Source: Chrysomallon squamiferum
Taxonomy: Eukaryota > Animalia > Mollusca
DNA length: 64,000 bases
NCBI GenBank assembly: GCA_012295275.1
Contig: CM022667.1
Coordinates: forward strand, 8,370,001-8,434,000
Reading direction: 5' to 3'
The position numbers and the translations under genes were made by a program. Positions 18,565-45,293 of this stretch are shown here, one piece after another; the stretch's first letter is position 1, and every line of letters begins with the position of its first letter. Under the pieces are notes generated by a model. The model saw only the letters and a program-made list of their open reading frames with translations. It made no database searches and was not told the origin of the DNA.

Positions 18565-18798
18565 TTATTTTATTTTATTTTATTTTATTTTATTTTATTT
18601 TTTTGAAGTCATCTCAATTTTCTTGAATTCCTCTGCCTTTTTTTTTTATCAGAACAGCAAAAATAATATTATAAAGAAGTATAACAGCTACAATCTATAA
18701 AAAAGTATCATTATCAACAAAAGAAATAAGAACAAAATAATTGATCAGTAAGTCATTACTTTATTGTAATCAAAAAGATTAGAAGTAGACTCAATCTT

Positions 18799-21079
<2,281 letters not shown>

Positions 21080-21457
21080 GATTAAAACAAATCCTCACTC
21101 AGGCAATCTTCACAAGAGTTTTCAAATCTGTGTTACTGATGTAATTCGCTAATTCACGACCCTATTTATACGTTGACGGTCACTCCCTGTGACGCAGGTG
21201 TTTTGACTTCTTTTTTTTATCTTGTTATAAATCAGTACTTTTCAATGCTAATTTTTACATGAACTCTGTGTACTTTGGTAAAAGCGTTCTAAACGAAAAA
21301 AGTTTTTATGTTTTATTAAAAAGTGTGATTTGGATTCCATATTGTTAAAACAACAACAACGACAACAATAATAACAACAATAAAAAAATAATAATAACAA
21401 TAACAATAATAATAATAATAATAACAATAATAACAATACTACTACTACTACTACTAC

Positions 21458-21488
<31 letters not shown>

Positions 21489-21556
21489 AATAATAACAAC
21501 AAAATAGGAAAAGGCTGATTTCTTAAACAGATCTATCTAATTATATATATATATAT

Positions 21557-22282
<726 letters not shown>

Positions 22283-22493
22283 GCATCTATGTTCTCCATA
22301 CTTAAATAATTACATAGTGTGTACATGTAATGTTGTTTATTCAATGTAATATACTGAAAATAAAATAAACCACTCTATGATTCATTTATAGATACATATT
22401 AAAACATATAAAAAAATTAAAATAATATAAAATAAAATAAAATAATATAATATAATGAATTAATATTAATAATCATAATAATAGTATTACCAA

Positions 22494-22534
<41 letters not shown>

Positions 22535-22536
<2 letters not shown>

Positions 22537-22592
22537 CTGTCAGATAGATCACGTGGTATTATCTCACGTGACTGTGTAATCAAGTAAAAGAT
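22535..22592. repeat. Right arm of the inverted repeat matching 17395-17452
   Basis: atctgtcagatagatcacgtggtattatctcacgtgactgtgtaatcaagtaaaagat; 3 mismatches to the reverse complement of the left arm. Confidence 0.9.
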
Positions 22593-23838
22593 ACATAGAA
22601 AATAATAAATAAATAAATAAGTAAATAAACACTGATAAACTTTAAAAAAAAATTACATACATACATACATATATACTAATATAAATTTAAAATTTAATAA
22701 TCAAATATTTATTAAAAAAAAAAAAAAAAAAAAAAAATAATAAAAATCGAACGTTATTACAAACTAAGTGCACTTTTCAAGGACGTACAGAGGGCAAATT
22801 CAGTCAAATCACAGCGTGACGTTAGTCAAATATTTTCATCGAAAAATCAATGGCACGCAGTTCAGTCACTTTAAAACTAGTTCAGATGTATTTGTACGAG
22901 TCAAGGTCTGAATAAAAGAGAAAAAAAAAAAAAAAAAAAAAGGTAGATTTAAAGATTTGGAACGTACACCCCGCGGCGCTAACCGACTTTTAAAAATGGC
23001 GGCTACTTCTGAATATTTATTTTGAGATCAAGATCAGAACATTTGTGGTGTTTGACTCACACTGTTCGTGCTAAGGATGACCTATGTAAAAAAATATTTG
23101 ACATAATATGTTAAAAAAAAAAAAAAACACGAATCTGTTGAAGAGAAGAAAAAAAAAAAAAGAAGAAAAAGAAAATGGAAAAGCGGGTACACACTAAAAT
23201 GTGTGTGGAGAAGCAGCCATTACTTCTTGAGCTGTGATTTAGAAAACAAATATTGAAACTGAAAAATGATTGTGAAGTAAGTTACAAAATAAAAAATAAA
23301 AACAGCTGAAACAACGGTAAAAAGCACACACACATAAAATAAATAAATAAAATTAAAAAATGATACAAAAAATAAAAATAAAGAGAAAAACATCATGAAA
23401 CACAAACCAGAAATCAGTAAAGGTTAAAATCACAAACAACAAACAAAAAAACCCAACATAGTTTCGAAAATATGTCTGTCAATAAAATATAATTATCAGC
23501 TTAAAGAATAATAATTTAAAACTGCTTTAACAAATTAATAAGCAAATCAGCAGTTAATGATAGTTCCTTGTTTAAATATTAAAGAAGAAAAGTTCACATT
23601 AATATAACAAATCAGGCGGCATTTAAATAATAACCATAAATTTTTTTAATATTCAACGTCCTTAGATTTTATTTTGTTTTGTTTGTTTCGTAAGTTTTTT
23701 TTTTTTTTTTGTTGTTTTTTAAATTATTTTTTTGTTACGTTAAATTTGAAATTTGTTATACATCTTTACTTTTCTTTCTTAATTTTATTATTATTATTAT
23801 TATTATTAATTTATTGAACTAGTAAAATTATTATTACA

Positions 23839-23919
<81 letters not shown>

Positions 23920-24085
23920 GCTATTACTATTATTATTATTATTACCATTATTATGATTATTACTATTATTATTACTATTATTATGATTATTACTATTATT
24001 ATTACTATTATTATGATTATTACTATTATTATTACCATTATTATGATTATTACTATTATTATTATTATTATTATGATTATTACTA

Positions 24086-24116
<31 letters not shown>

Positions 24117-24137
24117 TACTACTACTACTAATTCACG

Positions 24138-25294
24138 TTAATACAAGAACACTGTCGGCATCAGTAACGAGGTAACAAGGAAGACTGCGATGGCCACGCG
24201 GTTCCAGAAACGCGCCACAGTTTTCAGCTTGAAGCAGAACTTCGAGAAGCGACTCCTAGACTTTGTCTTATCCTCTCCCAGCGTGGCGACAGCAATCCTG
24301 TCCACGTTACCACGTCGGTGACGTCGGTTTGTGAGGACGAGCAGAGTGAGAATAGCGAGCACGCAGTGCAGCAACGTCAGCACGAGGTACAGCTCCAGAC
24401 TGGACACCGACGTCGACGTCTTTGGCATGGACTCCGTGATGAACTCCAGAAAGACGGCGTAGGACACCATGATGCAGATGACGTAGCCGAACTTCGCGTC
24501 CGAGTCGTCGGGCAGAATGAAGACGAAGGGGTGAGAAACGAGAGGAGAAACATGGGGAAGATCGTCGTCACGACGTAGAACGAACTTTTCCGCCTCAGCA
24601 CGAGCACGTACTCGGCGATGTCGTAGACGTCGGACGAGCTGCTGTTGATGGAGACGTGCAGCACGTTGCGCTCCACCTTCAGCAGCGTCCACTCGCTCCT
24701 GATGCGGAAGTAGTTGCCGAGCGTGAAGTCGGTGGAGGTGAGGTGGTAGTGGTAGTGCGAGCCCAGCGTGCCCGAGATCGACACCTTGCACCTCTGCTCG
24801 TCGAACGGGTACCTGGACAGGTGCAGCGAGCACGTCGTGCTGGACACGCCGTACAGTCTCCTAGCAACCAGACCGTTGTACATCACGCTGACGGGAATGG
24901 TGGCGTCCATGTTCGTTTTGTCGACAGAGTTCGTGATCTGCATCTTCGGCAGCCACACCCGGTCGACCGGAAGTTGTATGTCGGTAATTCCTCCGAACTG
25001 GTCAGGGTCCCAGGAAAGGCGGGGGTCGACCCAGGCAGACTGCAGGAACAGCTGGACGGACAGAATCTGTCTGACGTCGTCTATGCCAAGCACGGCCACG
25101 GGCAGGCACTTGACGAATATTTTGTTGTTCCCGTAGAAAGGTGAAAAAGCTGGCGTGGTGACGGAATAGTCCGACAGAACTGAAGACAGAAGACGTTCGT
25201 ACGTTTCTTGACTCGGTCTGGACGAGACTGTCGTCACGCTGATGTACAGTGTTGTGTACAACAGCCATGTCGTGCACACCGGCAGTCGCCACAT
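24138..25294 (-). CDS. Intronless divergent Cys-loop ligand-gated ion channel (nAChR-like), with one frameshift at 24528-24531
   Basis: Signal peptide, WVDPRLSW, VWLPK, Cys-loop CSLHLSRYPFDEQRC, and LRRKSSFYVV-M1 lie in ORF 24377-25294. FVFILPDDSDAK-M2, SMPKTS-M3 and a C-terminal M4 lie in ORF 24138-24833. One extra base in the G4 run joins them (~385 aa). Could be a pseudogene or an assembly indel. Confidence 0.88.
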
Positions 25295-25976
25295 CGTTGT
25301 GACTGGGAGGTTAGTGAAACAGCGACTGTCGCGTCACTCAGTCCAGATTGATTGACCAGCTGCTGCTGCTGCTGTTGTTGTTACAGTTCCATAAAAGAGA
25401 TCGTAAAACTGGTTTCACTGCTGAAGTTAATAGCTTCCTGATTAGTTTCAAGTGATCGGTCTTGTTTTGTTGGTCATGTTCATTATCGTGTTACTAGTTG
25501 TAATTTTATTTATTTATTTATTTATTTATTTAATTTATTTATTTATTTATTTACAAATATACAGATTCATTATACACATACATAAATACACATAAATATC
25601 TTTATGCAAACACACATTATATACATATAAAGATGAAAAAACATACACAAACACCCACAGAAACGTACAGAGAGACACAGACCTAATAACATAGACAAAT
25701 AAACACATGTACGTACATACAAATATACACATGTACGTACAAACACGTACGAATTTATGTACTCATTTCCACATGCGTATGTACGTGCGTACACATATAA
25801 ACACCATCAAAGACACAGATATACAAGTACGTATATAAGTACACACATACTCACGTACGAACATGAAATATACAAATACATGTTAACGTATGTATGAATA
25901 TACGCATAAACACACATACTAACACAGCTACAAACAATTACATATAAATACACAAACTTAGAGCTTGACCAAAACT

Positions 25977-26007
<31 letters not shown>

Positions 26008-26404
26008 CACACACATTCACACACAAACACACACACACTCACAAACACACACACACAAACACACACACACACTCACACACACATACATATACACACTCAG
26101 ATTATAGGTGTCAGAATGTATTTCGTAAACAGTAGAGATCAGAAGGGAAATATAAAGATGTGTTTTGTTGTTGAGAACAAATGAGTTTTTGTTTTTTGCA
26201 TGTTTTTTCTTTTTTTTCCATTCAGCTTTGTTTCTGACACTTGTTGTTTGTGATGTATATACATATACGTACACACACACACACACACATTTATACATAC
26301 ACTTATACTTACTATACAAACATAAATACGCATTTATATAAAATGAATCACACACAGATATAAACATATTAAATATATCTAAAAACTGATTACATTTTGT
26401 GTTC

Positions 26405-26527
26405 TGTACCTAAGGTGAACAGTCCCCCAGTAACTCACTTTCAAGTGTGAGTTCCCGTATTAGCCACACTGAGGTGGGGGTGTCATCACTCACCACGTGA
26501 CTCAATGTCGCTGCATTTTAGGTACAC
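26405..26527. repeat. Interspersed repeat fragment; inverted homolog at 29651-29777
   Basis: Shared collinear blocks ctaag.tga.cagt, gagtt.ccc.ta..agccacactga, caccacgtgactc..tgtcgct.catt. Confidence 0.75.
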
Positions 26528-26640
26528 AAAACAAATTTAATTATTTAAATTAATTATGAAATATTTCTAAAAACTTTACTCGGTGAGGAATGATGCTTAC
26601 AAAAATTTTGTTCAAGGTACATGACACAGTGAAATGTTTT

Positions 26641-26705
<65 letters not shown>

Positions 26706-27604
26706 TTTTATAACCTATTTTTTTATTACGATTTAATTTTGTTATTTTTCTAAGAATTTTCAAGTCACTTACAAATAAATATCTGTAATAGCATTTCTTT
26801 CTTTCTTTATTGTTTATCTATTTATTTATTTATTTGTTTATTTATTTGTTTGTTTGTTTGTTTATTTATTTATCAGCTTTTATATTAATCTTGAAAAGTG
26901 TGTCCTTAATAATAATAATTTTTTCCCTAATTAGTTGTTTTTAATAAAGAAATAATAGAAATAAAATGCATAATTCTTTTTTTAGACAATTAGATCATTA
27001 TTTACTTTTTTTATATCTAATTATCCAATTCTTATTTAATTTCTCATTTTTTTTATTGAACGTATATCACAAAATTAAGACAAAAATATACTTGTTTATT
27101 TATTACGTAACTACCAACATATATTTATAAAATTATAATTCAAGTACCTTTCTTGTGTCGTATACCATGAATTAATTTAGAAGTGTCGGTCTAAATATAA
27201 AAATACTAAAATAATTTGGACACAGATTTAGATGTTTCACCAAAATAAAAGAGATCGGAGTATATAGATAACATAATATGTATGTGAAGTTTGATAAAAG
27301 AATCCTTGATGCCAATTTTGAAAAACTAAAATCCGATCTTGAAGCTTGTAACACAAAGTTGTGGTTAAGACAGAGTCAGAGGAGGTCAAAGGTTAAATTA
27401 TTCTTCAGCATTGATACTTCACGAAACACTTAATGTCTGTAACCAAATAAAACTGTAATAATCAAAACATTAAAACAAAACCTGTTTACTAAATTAAACT
27501 AACTATAAAATATATACCCTGTCTTTTTCCTACATACAGTCTCTACTTCAGTAAAACACAGAAATTAGCGAATAACTAAACAAACAAATAAATAAGTTAA
27601 CAAA

Positions 27605-27647
<43 letters not shown>

Positions 27648-28009
27648 ATACTTGAAATAAAAATAAAATCAATCAAATAAAATAAATAAGATAAAAAAAC
27701 CCACATAAATAATTAAATAAATGACAATAATAATACATATACCAACATTCTTTCTTTCTCACATATAAACCCTTTCCTTTTAAATAAAACTGTGATAATC
27801 AATATATAATAAATAATATAATATAATATAATATAATATAATATAATATAATACCATCTAATACATTATAATATAATATATAAAAAATATAAGAAATGTA
27901 AAATGAATGAATGAATTAATTAATTAATGAAACAAAGTAAACAACCAACAAATAAGTTAATAAATAAATTAAAATAAAATAAACAGATATAAACATATAC
28001 ACACATAAA

Positions 28010-28510
28010 CATATACCCATATAACATATACCTTCATACACATATACCCATGTAACAATAACTCTCATACACATATACCCATATAACATATACCCTCATA
28101 CTCATATTCCCATATAACATATACCCTCATACACATATACCAGTCTAAACATATACCCTCATATTCATATACCCATATAACATATACCCTCATACACATA
28201 TACCAGTCTAAACATATACCCTCATATTCATATACCTATATAACATATACCCTCTTACACATATACCCATATAACATATACCCTCATACACATATACCCA
28301 TATAACATACACCCTCTTACACATATACCCATATAACATATACCCTCATACACATATACCAGTCTAAACATATACCCTCATATTCATATATCCATATAAC
28401 ATATACCCTCATACACATATATCCATATAACATATACCCTCATACACATATACCCATATAACATATACCCTCTTACACATATACCCATATAACATATACC
28501 CAGATAAACA
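28010..28510. repeat. ~29-30 bp minisatellite
   Basis: Tandem catatacccatataacatataccctcataca with variants. Confidence 0.9.
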
Positions 28511-28592
28511 TATTCTCTCATATCCATATATTAATATACCTACATAAAAAACTATACTCACATAGACAAGAACTCTCATACAAAACTATACC

Positions 28593-28663
<71 letters not shown>

Positions 28664-29018
28664 GCACACATACATCCATCACACAAACGCACATACTCAC
28701 ACACACGCACACAGACACATGCTCTTTCTGTATTACTTTATCAGAAGCGTTTCGTGAAATATGCTTGAAGAATAATTTTAAAAGTTACTATACAGTAAAC
28801 GTCCTGACAAAATTATTAATTTTCAGTTTCATTTTTACTACAATTATTAATTATAACTTACTAAGATTAACTTACTGAGATTAACTTACTGAGATTATTT
28901 CTGATTTCAAAGATTAAATTTCTAAGTAAAACACTCTGACCTGCCCGAACCGCAACTGTGTGTCTGTTGTCAATGACGTCATAAACAGTTAATAGTTGGT
29001 TACGTAGCTATTTTTAGA

Positions 29019-29077
<59 letters not shown>

Positions 29078-29090
29078 TCGAATGATTAGC

Positions 29091-29416
<326 letters not shown>

Positions 29417-29650
29417 CCTGCTTAAGATTGTATTAAACGCAGATAACCCGCCCTAACATAAGCAGGTAACAATCAATTATAAAGTGAGGAGAAGGACAGA
29501 ATAATGTGTATTTTGTTTACGTTCTTCATCGATACCCTTTTAATATAAGCTTATATATAAACAGGAATGGAAAAAAATTTTAATATAAGTCTGCGACGGG
29601 CACGCTTCATCGATACCCTTTTAATATAAGCTTATATATAAACAGATGTA

Positions 29651-29777
29651 TGTGCCTCCAATGTAGCGACAAGGAGTCACGTGGTGTGTGATAATAACCC
29701 TGCCCCCGTCAGTGTGGCTCGTATGGGAAACTCATATTGGAAAATGAGCTACCGGTGAACTGGTCATCTTAGATATA
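29651..29777. repeat. Interspersed repeat fragment; inverted homolog of 26405-26527
   Basis: Reverse complement aligns by eye over ~120 bp with moderate divergence. Confidence 0.75.
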
Positions 29778-29865
29778 TTAAATACACACCCATATATACA
29801 CGAACGCACGCAAACGCACACATACACAAATGTGCACAAATAATTTTGTGTATTGTTTTCAATAC

Positions 29866-29909
<44 letters not shown>

Positions 29910-30214
29910 CAGTAACAGTAGTAGTAGTAGTAGTTCTAGTAGTTGTTGTAGCAGTAATAATAATATTTTAAAATTGACTTTCGTATTATTATATCTTAAC
30001 ACACACACAACACACACACACATACACAAACAAAATCGCACAATCACAAACAAACACACACACACACACACGCACGCGCACACACACACATTGTTAGGCT
30101 GTCAAGGTATTCTGATACGAGCAGACTTTCAAGTGGAAGAACCCGGCCTACTTTTACTGACAAGTGACCTTTGTTACGAACTGGAGGACAAACGTTTGAA
30201 AATCACCAGAGACG

Positions 30215-36704
<6,490 letters not shown>

Positions 36705-36789
36705 ACAAATCTGCTGGAGAGACTGCTGTACAAATTAATAACCAGAAACACAAATCTAAAACTACTACTAAGCTAAACTAATAATAATA

Positions 36790-36832
<43 letters not shown>

Positions 36833-37414
36833 CCACTGTAACCAAGATACTGTGTATGAATGAACGAATGTATAACTACTATAACTGAGCACAAATTTAC
36901 CCTTTATTAGCTTCAGACTCGTGAGAACGAGAACACTTTAATCTCGTTTGTTTTTACTAAGTAAACACGAATAACTTTAGAGCGACGACATAAGCGCACA
37001 TACGTAGTTAGTAGAGCTTTTGACCCTTGACCCGAAAGGTCGCGAGATCGAGTGGCCGTGCTGTCACATGGAGGCTGTGTTTCACTCGGTTTGAGTAAAA
37101 CCATGGAACTGAGGGGTGTGTTGGTGAGAAAAAGGACTGAGTCTGTGAGAAGAAGACATTATTCGTGGAATTATGCGTATTATAAGTGTGTCATATTAAT
37201 TTATAAAAATTTATAATTATACGAATTTTTTGGTTTTTTTGTGGGTTTTTTGGTATACATGTAGTGATTAATAAAATATACCAAAAGCAATCGTTTTGTT
37301 TGATTATCTGAAATAATTTTAAAAGTTTTAACTTTTAATTTTTCTTATAGACAGACACACATATATACATACAGACAGAAGGGCAGATAGATAGATAGAG
37401 ATATATTTAATTTG

Positions 37415-37471
<57 letters not shown>

Positions 37472-38100
37472 GCAGCTGATAGTAATAATGATAAGGTAAT
37501 TCTTTACGAATAAGCCAAACAGACAAAAATTATAATTGTCGCAGTTTACTGACGTGAACGGTCAAATTTTCGAATTTACCCTTTTTATTAAAAAAACCTC
37601 ACATGCGCCGCACCACATTGAAATACTGACAACACTAATCATTACAAGTTTTAAAACTATTTATCACTATTCTCTGAGAAGTTTCTTATATTCCTCTCTG
37701 TCACTGGTCTTTATCTTATTAAATTTCTGACCAGAGAAAACGGGCCAAAACCAATCCCGAAATTGCGAACAAGTGATAAAATTGGAGTCTTTAAGAAAAA
37801 CCAATCCTGTCACGTAGTGTGTTGATAACACGTCGGTATAAAATAGATTCAATGTCAAGTGTCACGAACTGGGACCAAGGTAAGTAGATAATGCTATTAT
37901 CTCAGTGGTATTATATCAATTATTATAAACAGGAATTATTATAAACCCTCGTATAAAACTAAAAGAAAGTGTTCACGAAAATTTTCTTTTGAGTCATTCT
38001 TTGAATATATGTGTATGTTTGTAGAATATACATTTTCCTGTTTTTTTAAACATATTAAAATGTATTATTATCATTATCATTATTGTTGTTGTTGTTGATG

Positions 38101-38152
<52 letters not shown>

Positions 38153-38400
38153 TGTTGTTGTTGTTGTTATAGAAGTATATGATATGTGTGAGGTAATTTT
38201 TCTGTCTGCCAATAATATTTATTTGTTTTGTTTTGTTTTGTTTATTATTAATGTATTTATTTTGTTTTGTTTTATTTTATTTTTATTTTATTTTATTTTA
38301 TTTTGTCTGATTGCTGGACATGCAAAAACTCTGAATGATTTCCTTATAGCACATTTCACTTAAATACATCCAAAATCTTTTAAAAATATTTTAGATAAAG

Positions 38401-38816
38401 ATGACCACGCTGTTTGTTGTTTTTGCACTTCTCGCTGTTCTGCTGGTCACTGCTGGTCAGGACTGTAACCGCGGTCACTCTGACGGCTGCAGTATTCCTG
38501 GACATCTTCCTTTCTTCTACAAAGAAAAGTTCCGCCATGCGTGTGACAGACACGACATCTGCTACGACTGCGTAAGTACGACAACGTAATTAAACCTTGT
38601 TTACACATGTTTGTATTATGCTGTTTACTCATGGCGTGTTCACTTGGTTGGTTCCGGCAGTTTTGGATTCGAATCCAGGTACCAGGTGATGACAATATGT
38701 AAAGAAAAGTAACTGTAATATTATAAAAGTTAAGTAATCATAACCAGTTACTAGTTTTAAACAAATTCTTATTCTAGAAAAAAAAAAAAAAAAAAAAAAA
38801 AAAATTGCTGTTTTAA

Positions 38817-38862
<46 letters not shown>

Positions 38863-39268
38863 TAAAGATGTAAGTACTTCTTGTATTTACTGTTTTTCAT
38901 CATCATGATACAGTTTATTACTGTTTATTTATTTATTTGTTTTGTACGCAAGCGACTCGCTATGGTTTGAGTAAACACACGTGGTTATTACTGTTTGTTT
39001 ATTTATTTATTTGTTTTGTACACAGGCGACTCGCTATGGTTTGAGTAAACACACGTGTGACGTGCACTTGCAGCGGGACGCCATGGCGGTGTGTCACAGA
39101 AGTAAGAGGATGATATTCGGCGACGTTCTTGACGCCGCGACTCAGGCCTTCTGCGACGAGATCGCGAAAACCTACTACGGCGCCGTCAGCGCGTTTGGAT
39201 CCGGCCACTTCAGCAGTTCCCCTCGCAGCTACTGCAGTGAATCGTGGGTGAGAGGCTGTCTGTCGTAG
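38401..39268 (+). CDS. Conodipine-like secreted phospholipase A2, copy A
   Basis: Coding exons 38401-38571 and 39026-39268; non-coding exon donor near 37880 and TATAAAA near 37838. Signal peptide, DGCS, catalytic ACDRHDICYDC, dibasic SKR linker and YYGAVSAFG. Confidence 0.88.
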
Positions 39269-39410
39269 ACACACACAGACACAGTTTCGTCTGTTCCCGA
39301 AGTGAGAACATTAACAAACTGTTACTGACTGGATTGTTACGCTACCTCTGTTAAATTTGTTACCAATCTCAATACAAAATCGACTGATACTCATTTATTT
39401 ATTTATTATT

Positions 39411-39464
<54 letters not shown>

Positions 39465-39671
39465 TCTTTTTACTCAGTTTTAGTTTATTATTCAGGTAAC
39501 AAGCTATATCTGTTTTTATTCGTCTATAGTATCAATATGCTTGGTTTAAATTACTGTTTAGTTTGAGGACATTACATTTAATCGGTTTCAACCTTTTGAA
39601 GTATGTACATGTTTTATGGACTAATAATAATACATAAAATCAGATTAACATAAATTATTAATAATATTATT

Positions 39672-42076
<2,405 letters not shown>

Positions 42077-42199
42077 TCTGCAGAAGGAAATGAAACATAA
42101 AATGTGAAATGCATAAAATGAAATTAATAAATGTGTTGATGTTTATAGATATCTAAGCATATTTGTCTTTACCAGTTATTTTAGTGTCAGTTTAATGTT

Positions 42200-42425
42200 T
42201 AATTACGTTTAAATTATGGTATGAGAGTGGAAACCCGCTGTAGACTTGGCACAGACCCTTACCGATAAGAAACAATAAATCGCCCATTTAAACCTTCACA
42301 CAGAAATTAAACACTACGACTTTTCATAAACCAATTATGGGGCACTGCCTGGAACGGGAAATGTGATAAAATGTATCCTGAAGAAAACAGATATTGTGAT
42401 CGGTCGTACACTCAAACCACTGAAC
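42200..42425 (-). mobile_element. Degenerate SINE-like element
   Basis: Blocks gagagtggaaacccgctg and ccaattatggggcactgcctggaacgggaaat resemble the recalled reverse-strand core of abundant molluscan tRNA-derived SINEs (gagaggaaacccgctg ... ccagttgtggagcactggctggaacgagaaat). Confidence 0.5.
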
Positions 42426-43177
42426 TTTAATTCGTAAACTAATCCAGATTTCACAGCCTCACCTTGAACAACTCGGGACATATCGTTAACTATGTAAAAT
42501 ATGTAAAATATTTTGTATACGTCGAAATAATTTAATTTGTTATGGACACGTCATTAACAATATTATCTTTAACTATACTTCGTCAACGCATTGACTCATT
42601 CAATCACTTATAATTTTACAGTTTTAAAACTGATTACGAAATATTTGAGACGAAACTTAACTACATCATGTTTAAGCTTTCACACATATGATGACACTTC
42701 CCTTCACTTACTCTTGCATTTGTTTATAACAAAATCCTTTTACCTTTTAACATGAATACTTGGCCACCTCCATTAAACCGCAGATTTAACTGTGTCTGTT
42801 CATTCAGTATTTGACTCGAACACGTGTAGATAACTCTCATTAAGAAGACTCGTTTCAACACAGAAATCCTGTGCACAGGTCATTCTTGACCTTTGTTCTG
42901 CTTCGCCTCTACTTGACTTGTCAGTTATCTGTGTTTAAATAATCTGTTGTTGTGACTCGTTGTTACATGTGATAATGAAGACAAGATCATCTGCTGTACA
43001 CTTCCAGTGTATCTACATGTTTATTTCATTCACAAAGTATCCCAGTATTATGATCATACAAATGTATGCCTGTGATGTATGTATGTGTTTGCATGCGTAT
43101 ACCCTAACACAGACAGAGAGTGAAACGGCCAGGCAGACAAGCAGGCAGGTAGACAGACAGACAGACAGACAGACAGT

Positions 43178-43228
<51 letters not shown>

Positions 43229-43961
43229 ACAGAAAGACAGACGGATGGATGAATGGATAGTCAAATACGGTTTCAGATAATGTGTGTGTGTGTGTGTGTG
43301 GGTGGGTGTATGTGTGTGTGTGTGTGTTATGTGTGTGTGTGTGTGTACATGACAAAAAGCAAGTTTGTTTTATATTTTATTTACAAAAGTTAAATTACAA
43401 TATTCTTTTTTTATATATATATACATACGACTAAAAATATACAAGTGTATATATTCTTCTTATTGGTTTTTTTTAATTTTTAATTTTTTTATTATATTTT
43501 TATTATTATTATTATTACTGTTCTCGCAGTAATAATTATTATACTAAATTTATTATATAAAAATAAAAATAAATATAAATATAAACGTTTACAAATATAA
43601 ATATAAATATAAGAATTTACAAAAATAAATATAAATACATAAAAAATTAAAATATATAAATATAAAAAGATTAAACAGAGGAATAACGATTTGTTTTTAC
43701 AAAAACCAAACAGCTTATTATTACTTTTTCTATCTCAGTTTCTAATGTATATCACACATTTCAAAAGCATCTGAGTTTAAAATTTATTTAACATTTATCA
43801 TGTTGATTTTTTTTTTAAAATGTATTTACTATTAAATTATTGCTATTTCAACAAATATATTTTAATTCTTAATTTAGAGTAGTTAATTGTTAATCAGTGT
43901 AATTTTACATCCAGTAAATTACATCATCACATTGGTACTTTTTTCAGAAAAGTTAATAATG

Positions 43962-44023
<62 letters not shown>

Positions 44024-44067
44024 GATTTTAAAATTTTAAATAAAAATTCAGGTTATTTTCTCAAGTC

Positions 44068-44099
44068 TTATTTTGTTGTGCATTTCTGGAAGGCTGAAA

Positions 44100-44142
<43 letters not shown>

Positions 44143-44512
44143 ATGTAAATAAATGAATAAATACTTCCACTAATACTGTAATAAATACTATTAGTTACAA
44201 CAACGACAACAACTACAACAAGTAGTAGTAGCAGTAGCAGCTGCAGTGGTAGTAGTAGTAGTAGTAGTAGTAATAGTAGCAGCAGCAGCATTAAGCTATA
44301 AATAAATAAAATATAATCAGTCCATTTTACCTTTGACTCTGTCGCTAGTCACGTGGTCACCTTCCATGAAATACAAAGCGTCATCTACTGGTTGTGAAAC
44401 AAAACTGTCTATACCGGGCAGTTTGTCCACATAACACGATGGACGTTTATCACAGTTTCTTTCCTTCGACTTGAAGCTTCTTCTCAGGAACTAAACGAAT
44501 AGATACATACAT

Positions 44513-44547
<35 letters not shown>

Positions 44548-44669
44548 TACATACATACATACATACATACACACACACACATACATACATACACACACAT
44601 ACATATACACACACATACACACACACACACACACACATACATACATACATACATACAAACATACATATA

Positions 44670-44703
<34 letters not shown>

Positions 44704-45032
44704 CATATATGCATACATACATACATACATACATACATACATGCATGCATACATACATACACACATACACACACAAACACACATATTTACTTACTTACAT
44801 ATACACAACACATATGCACATATAAACAAAATAACAAAATTTACTTTTTCAAACTAGTGTAGAAAATTAAATTTTATTATTAATCATGTAATTAAAACGT
44901 TTTAAAAGTTTTATTTCAAAGAATACAATGGATGGAAAGTATCTGTGACAACAACAACAAAAATGAATGACAGTAAATATTCATCTGTTTACTTAATTAC
45001 TTGCTTTTTTATTTTTCCTTCTTTTTTTTATT

Positions 45033-45063
<31 letters not shown>

Positions 45064-45232
45064 TTTTCGACAACCTACCGACATAAACTTGGACATGATT
45101 CCAGGTTTTTTGCTGTTTCTGCTGTCTTCAACATCGTGAAACTCGCCAACACCGGAAACAGAATTTGAACTGGATGCATAAACATCTACAAATAAAAATC
45201 TATCTATCTATCTGTCTGTCTATCTATCTATA

Positions 45233-45293
<61 letters not shown>

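Noticed and set aside
22960-23090. YY1-like AAAATGGCGGC with CpG-rich flank, a possible promoter or exon
   Set aside because: No downstream ORF or splice chain could be built; insufficient support.
24318-25144. Plus-strand ORFs overlapping the Cys-loop gene; likewise 13468-13881 and 10457-11346
   Set aside because: Antisense shadows of GC-rich coding sequence with no recognisable motifs.
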